Positions 8,295 through 10,603 of a stretch of DNA of 10,603 nt are shown piece by piece. The position numbers and the translations under genes were made by a program. Position 1 is the first letter of the stretch, and each line of letters begins with the position of its first letter. The stretch is from a bacterium (GTDB taxonomy: Bacteria > Zhuqueibacterota > Zhuqueibacteria > Oceanimicrobiales > Oceanimicrobiaceae): positions 1-10,603 of the forward strand of contig JBHHXN010000181.1 in the NCBI GenBank assembly GCA_046757025.1, written 5' to 3'. The notes beneath the pieces were generated by a model. The model did no database searches and had not been told where the DNA came from. It saw only the letters and a program-made list of their open reading frames with translations.

Positions 8295-8653
8295 ACAACG
8301 TGTTAAGTCCAATTAATTGAATTTGGCGAAGGTTCTTACAAGGATTTAATGCAAAAATCCGCATATGAATGTCTATAAAAATCCATTCACATCCGGGCTT
8401 GATTTAAATTGGACACTATTCCATATTTTCGGATTGTAACAACAAATCTTTATGCGTAAAGTTACCCCGATGTTGTTGAACCTGCGAGCGGCCGCGGCTC
8501 ATCATTTTTTGATGTTTGCATTTTTTTAAGAGAGCAAATTCTCTTTTGTTTAATCGGTTTGAAAAAGAAATCTCGATAAGAATCATCATCATCGAACGGA
8601 CCACGAGGAGTTTGAAGTAGTGCATTCTTACTGTGTGGAAAATCCAGAGATTT

Positions 8654-8699
8654 ATTGAGCCAACATCGTAAGCTTAAACTATAAAAAATGTGGCTCAAT
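8654..8699. repeat. Inverted repeat overlapping a predicted promoter (candidate operator)
   Basis: ATTGAGCCA (8654-8662) / TGGCTCAAT (8691-8699) is a perfect 9-bp inverted repeat. It extends by CAT/ATG across a 1-nt bulge, leaving a 21-nt loop. Confidence 0.5.
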
Positions 8700-8704
8700 G
8701 TCAA
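8676..8704 (-). promoter_or_regulatory. Putative sigma70-type promoter pointing toward the sensor kinase
   Basis: On the minus strand: a perfect -35 TTGACA (8704-8699), a 17-bp spacer, then -10 TAGTTT (8681-8676). An overlapping TATAGT lies at 15-bp spacing. The predicted start is near 8669. Confidence 0.55.
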
Positions 8705-8797
8705 GCACAAAGATTATTGAACTGCCGATTGTTCCAATTCCATTAGAGCGTGATATGAGCTGTGAGGATATTTTCGAATTCTAATCTAGAAAGGCGC

Positions 8798-10564
8798 TTA
8801 AATCCGTGCCTGATAGGTATAAAGCTGATGATACCGCCCTTGTTTCTGAATGAGCTCATCATGGGTGCCGCGTTCGGCGATCTGGCCGTCTTCGATAACC
8901 AGGATCTGGTCGGCCTGGCGGATGGTGCTCAACCGGTGTGCGATCACAAACGTGGTGCGGCCTTTCATCAGCCGGCTCAAGCTTTCCTGAATGTAGAGCT
9001 CGCTTTCGGTGTCCAGATTGGAGGTGGCTTCGTCTAAGATGAGAATTTTAGGGTCGGCCAAAAGCGCCCGGGCAATGGCCACGCGCTGGCGCTGGCCGCC
9101 AGAAAGTTTCACGCCGCGCTCTCCGATCAACGTATCTAACCCGTCTTCAAAACGGTCGGTAAATTCTTTCACGTGTGCGGCTTTCACCGCCTCCTGAAGT
9201 TGTTCTTCGGTGGCGTCGGGTCGAGGAAACAAAATGTTCTCACGGATGGTACCTTCGTACAAAAAATCATCCTGCAGCACCACCCCCAGCCGGCTGCGGT
9301 AACTGTCCAGGGTGACTCTGGACAGGTCGATACCGTCAACTGTGACGACGCCCGAATCCGGCGTCAAATAGGAGGCAGCCATGCCAGCGATGGTGGTTTT
9401 GCCAGAGCCCGAGCTGCCCACCAGCGCCGTGACCGTACCAGCGGGCGCATCAAAGCTGATGCTTTTGAGAACGTTGTTGCCCTTCTCATAAGCAAATGTG
9501 ACGTTTTGAAATGAAATGTCTCCGGCCATATCTTTTAAAACGACTGAACGGTTGGACAGTTCGCTTTCTTTGGCTTCGTTCAGGATTTCCTCCATGCGAT
9601 CCAGTCCGGCAAACGCTTCGGTGATCTGGCTGCCAATGTTGCTCATTTGCACGATGGGGGCGATGAGAAAACCCAGGTAAAGCGTGAAGGCAAAGAAATC
9701 GCCGACGGTCATGTGGCCTTTCAGGATCATGGTACCGCCCAACCCCATGATACCGACGCTGGCCAGTCCCAGAAGCAGTGTGGCAGAGCTGGTCACTAGA
9801 CTGGTGGAAGTGAGCGATTGTTTGACGTTTTGAAAAATTCGAAGCACGCCTTTTTCGAAAACCTGAATTTCCTGCTTCTCGGCATTAAAGCCTTTGATCA
9901 CGCGAATGCCGGACAGCGATTCGGTGAGACGGCCGGTGACTTCCGCATGGATTTGTCCTCGTTTTCGAAAAATAGGCCGAATGTAAGCGAAAGCTTTGAG
10001 CGAAATCAGTCCAAAGATAATGAGCGGTACCAGCACGTACAACGTCATCAAAGCGTTGATGTTAATGAGCAGAATCAACGCTATCACCGCGGTCAGTACG
10101 CCTCCAAAGAGCTGCACCAAACCCGTTCCCACTAGGTTGCGAACGCCTTCCACGTCGGACATGATGCGGGAAACCAGCTCTCCGCTTTTGGTGTTGTCAA
10201 AAAAGCGAATGGGGAGGTAGAGGATGTGTTTTTGCACTTGTGAGCGCAAATGAGAAATGAGATGCTGCGCTTCCACGCTCAGCAACCGGGTGAGAAAGAA
10301 CGAGGTGGTGGACTGCACCACGATGGCCGCACCCACAGCGAGCAGCAACAGTTTGAGCAGGGTTGTGTCGCCTTTGGCAATGACCTCGTCGATGAGATAT
10401 TTGCTGGAACCGGGCAGCACCAGTCCCGCCAGCCGGTTAAAAATGATCAGCACCAGACCCAGCAAAAGCAGGTATTTTCTGGGCCAGATGATATTTTTGA
10501 AAACGTATTTTACCGTCGATAGCGAGGGCTTACTCGATTTGATTTTAGATTTTTGTCCGTTCAT
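8798..10564 (-). CDS. ABC transporter fused permease/ATP-binding protein (type IV exporter, MsbA/Sav1866-like half transporter)
   Basis: 588 aa with an N-terminal TMD of about six helices. The NBD has Walker A GSSGSGKTT, Q-loop VVLQD, signature LSGGQRQR, Walker B ILILDE, D-loop ATSNLD and H-loop IAHRL. The substrate cannot be determined from sequence. Confidence 0.95.
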   Translation of the reverse strand: MNGQKSKIKSSKPSLSTVKYVFKNIIWPRKYLLLLGLVLIIFNRLAGLVLPGSSKYLIDEVIAKGDTTLLKLLLLAVGAAIVVQSTTSFFLTRLLSVEAQHLISHLRSQVQKHILYLPIRFFDNTKSGELVSRIMSDVEGVRNLVGTGLVQLFGGVLTAVIALILLININALMTLYVLVPLIIFGLISLKAFAYIRPIFRKRGQIHAEVTGRLTESLSGIRVIKGFNAEKQEIQVFEKGVLRIFQNVKQSLTSTSLVTSSATLLLGLASVGIMGLGGTMILKGHMTVGDFFAFTLYLGFLIAPIVQMSNIGSQITEAFAGLDRMEEILNEAKESELSNRSVVLKDMAGDISFQNVTFAYEKGNNVLKSISFDAPAGTVTALVGSSGSGKTTIAGMAASYLTPDSGVVTVDGIDLSRVTLDSYRSRLGVVLQDDFLYEGTIRENILFPRPDATEEQLQEAVKAAHVKEFTDRFEDGLDTLIGERGVKLSGGQRQRVAIARALLADPKILILDEATSNLDTESELYIQESLSRLMKGRTTFVIAHRLSTIRQADQILVIEDGQIAERGTHDELIQKQGRYHQLYTYQARI

Positions 10565-10603
10565 TTTAATGTTGATAATTTTTTTAACTCAAGTTTCGTA
10601 GTT

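Noticed and set aside
8488..8495. GCGGCCGC (NotI-type) GC island in AT-rich DNA
   Set aside because: A single 8-mer with no vector or linker context, so no evidence of an artefact or of a function on its own.
8462..8710. 82-aa minus-strand ORF containing FDDDDSY
   Set aside because: Its GTG start lies upstream of the predicted promoter and has no SD. The Asp run comes from a short (ATC)4 tract, and there is no recognisable homology.

Overview
A bacterial chromosomal window with five genes, all on the minus strand. In transcription order they are: a 588-aa fused TMD-NBD ABC exporter (MsbA/Sav1866-like, 8798-10564); an orphan ~1381-aa membrane hybrid sensor kinase (14-blade beta-propeller sensor, Y_Y_Y, TM, PAS, HisKA, HATPase, receiver, no DNA-binding domain; 4149-8294); and a three-gene sdhCAB/frdCAB operon with a single diheme-type cytochrome b anchor (355-3713). 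The coding content belongs to known families, and I see no CRISPR array, tRNA/rRNA, transposase or defence system. The unexplained structure lies in three AT-rich intergenic regions. (i) A nested palindromic REP/dRS3-like element at 62-169 shows compensatory changes between its arms. (ii) A sigma70-like sdh promoter has a palindromic candidate operator whose 11-bp core recurs 173 bp upstream. (iii) A TTGACA promoter bracketed by a 9-bp inverted repeat would give a ~375-nt, hairpin-rich leader or small RNA ahead of the sensor kinase. These are candidates only and none is a proven novel system.
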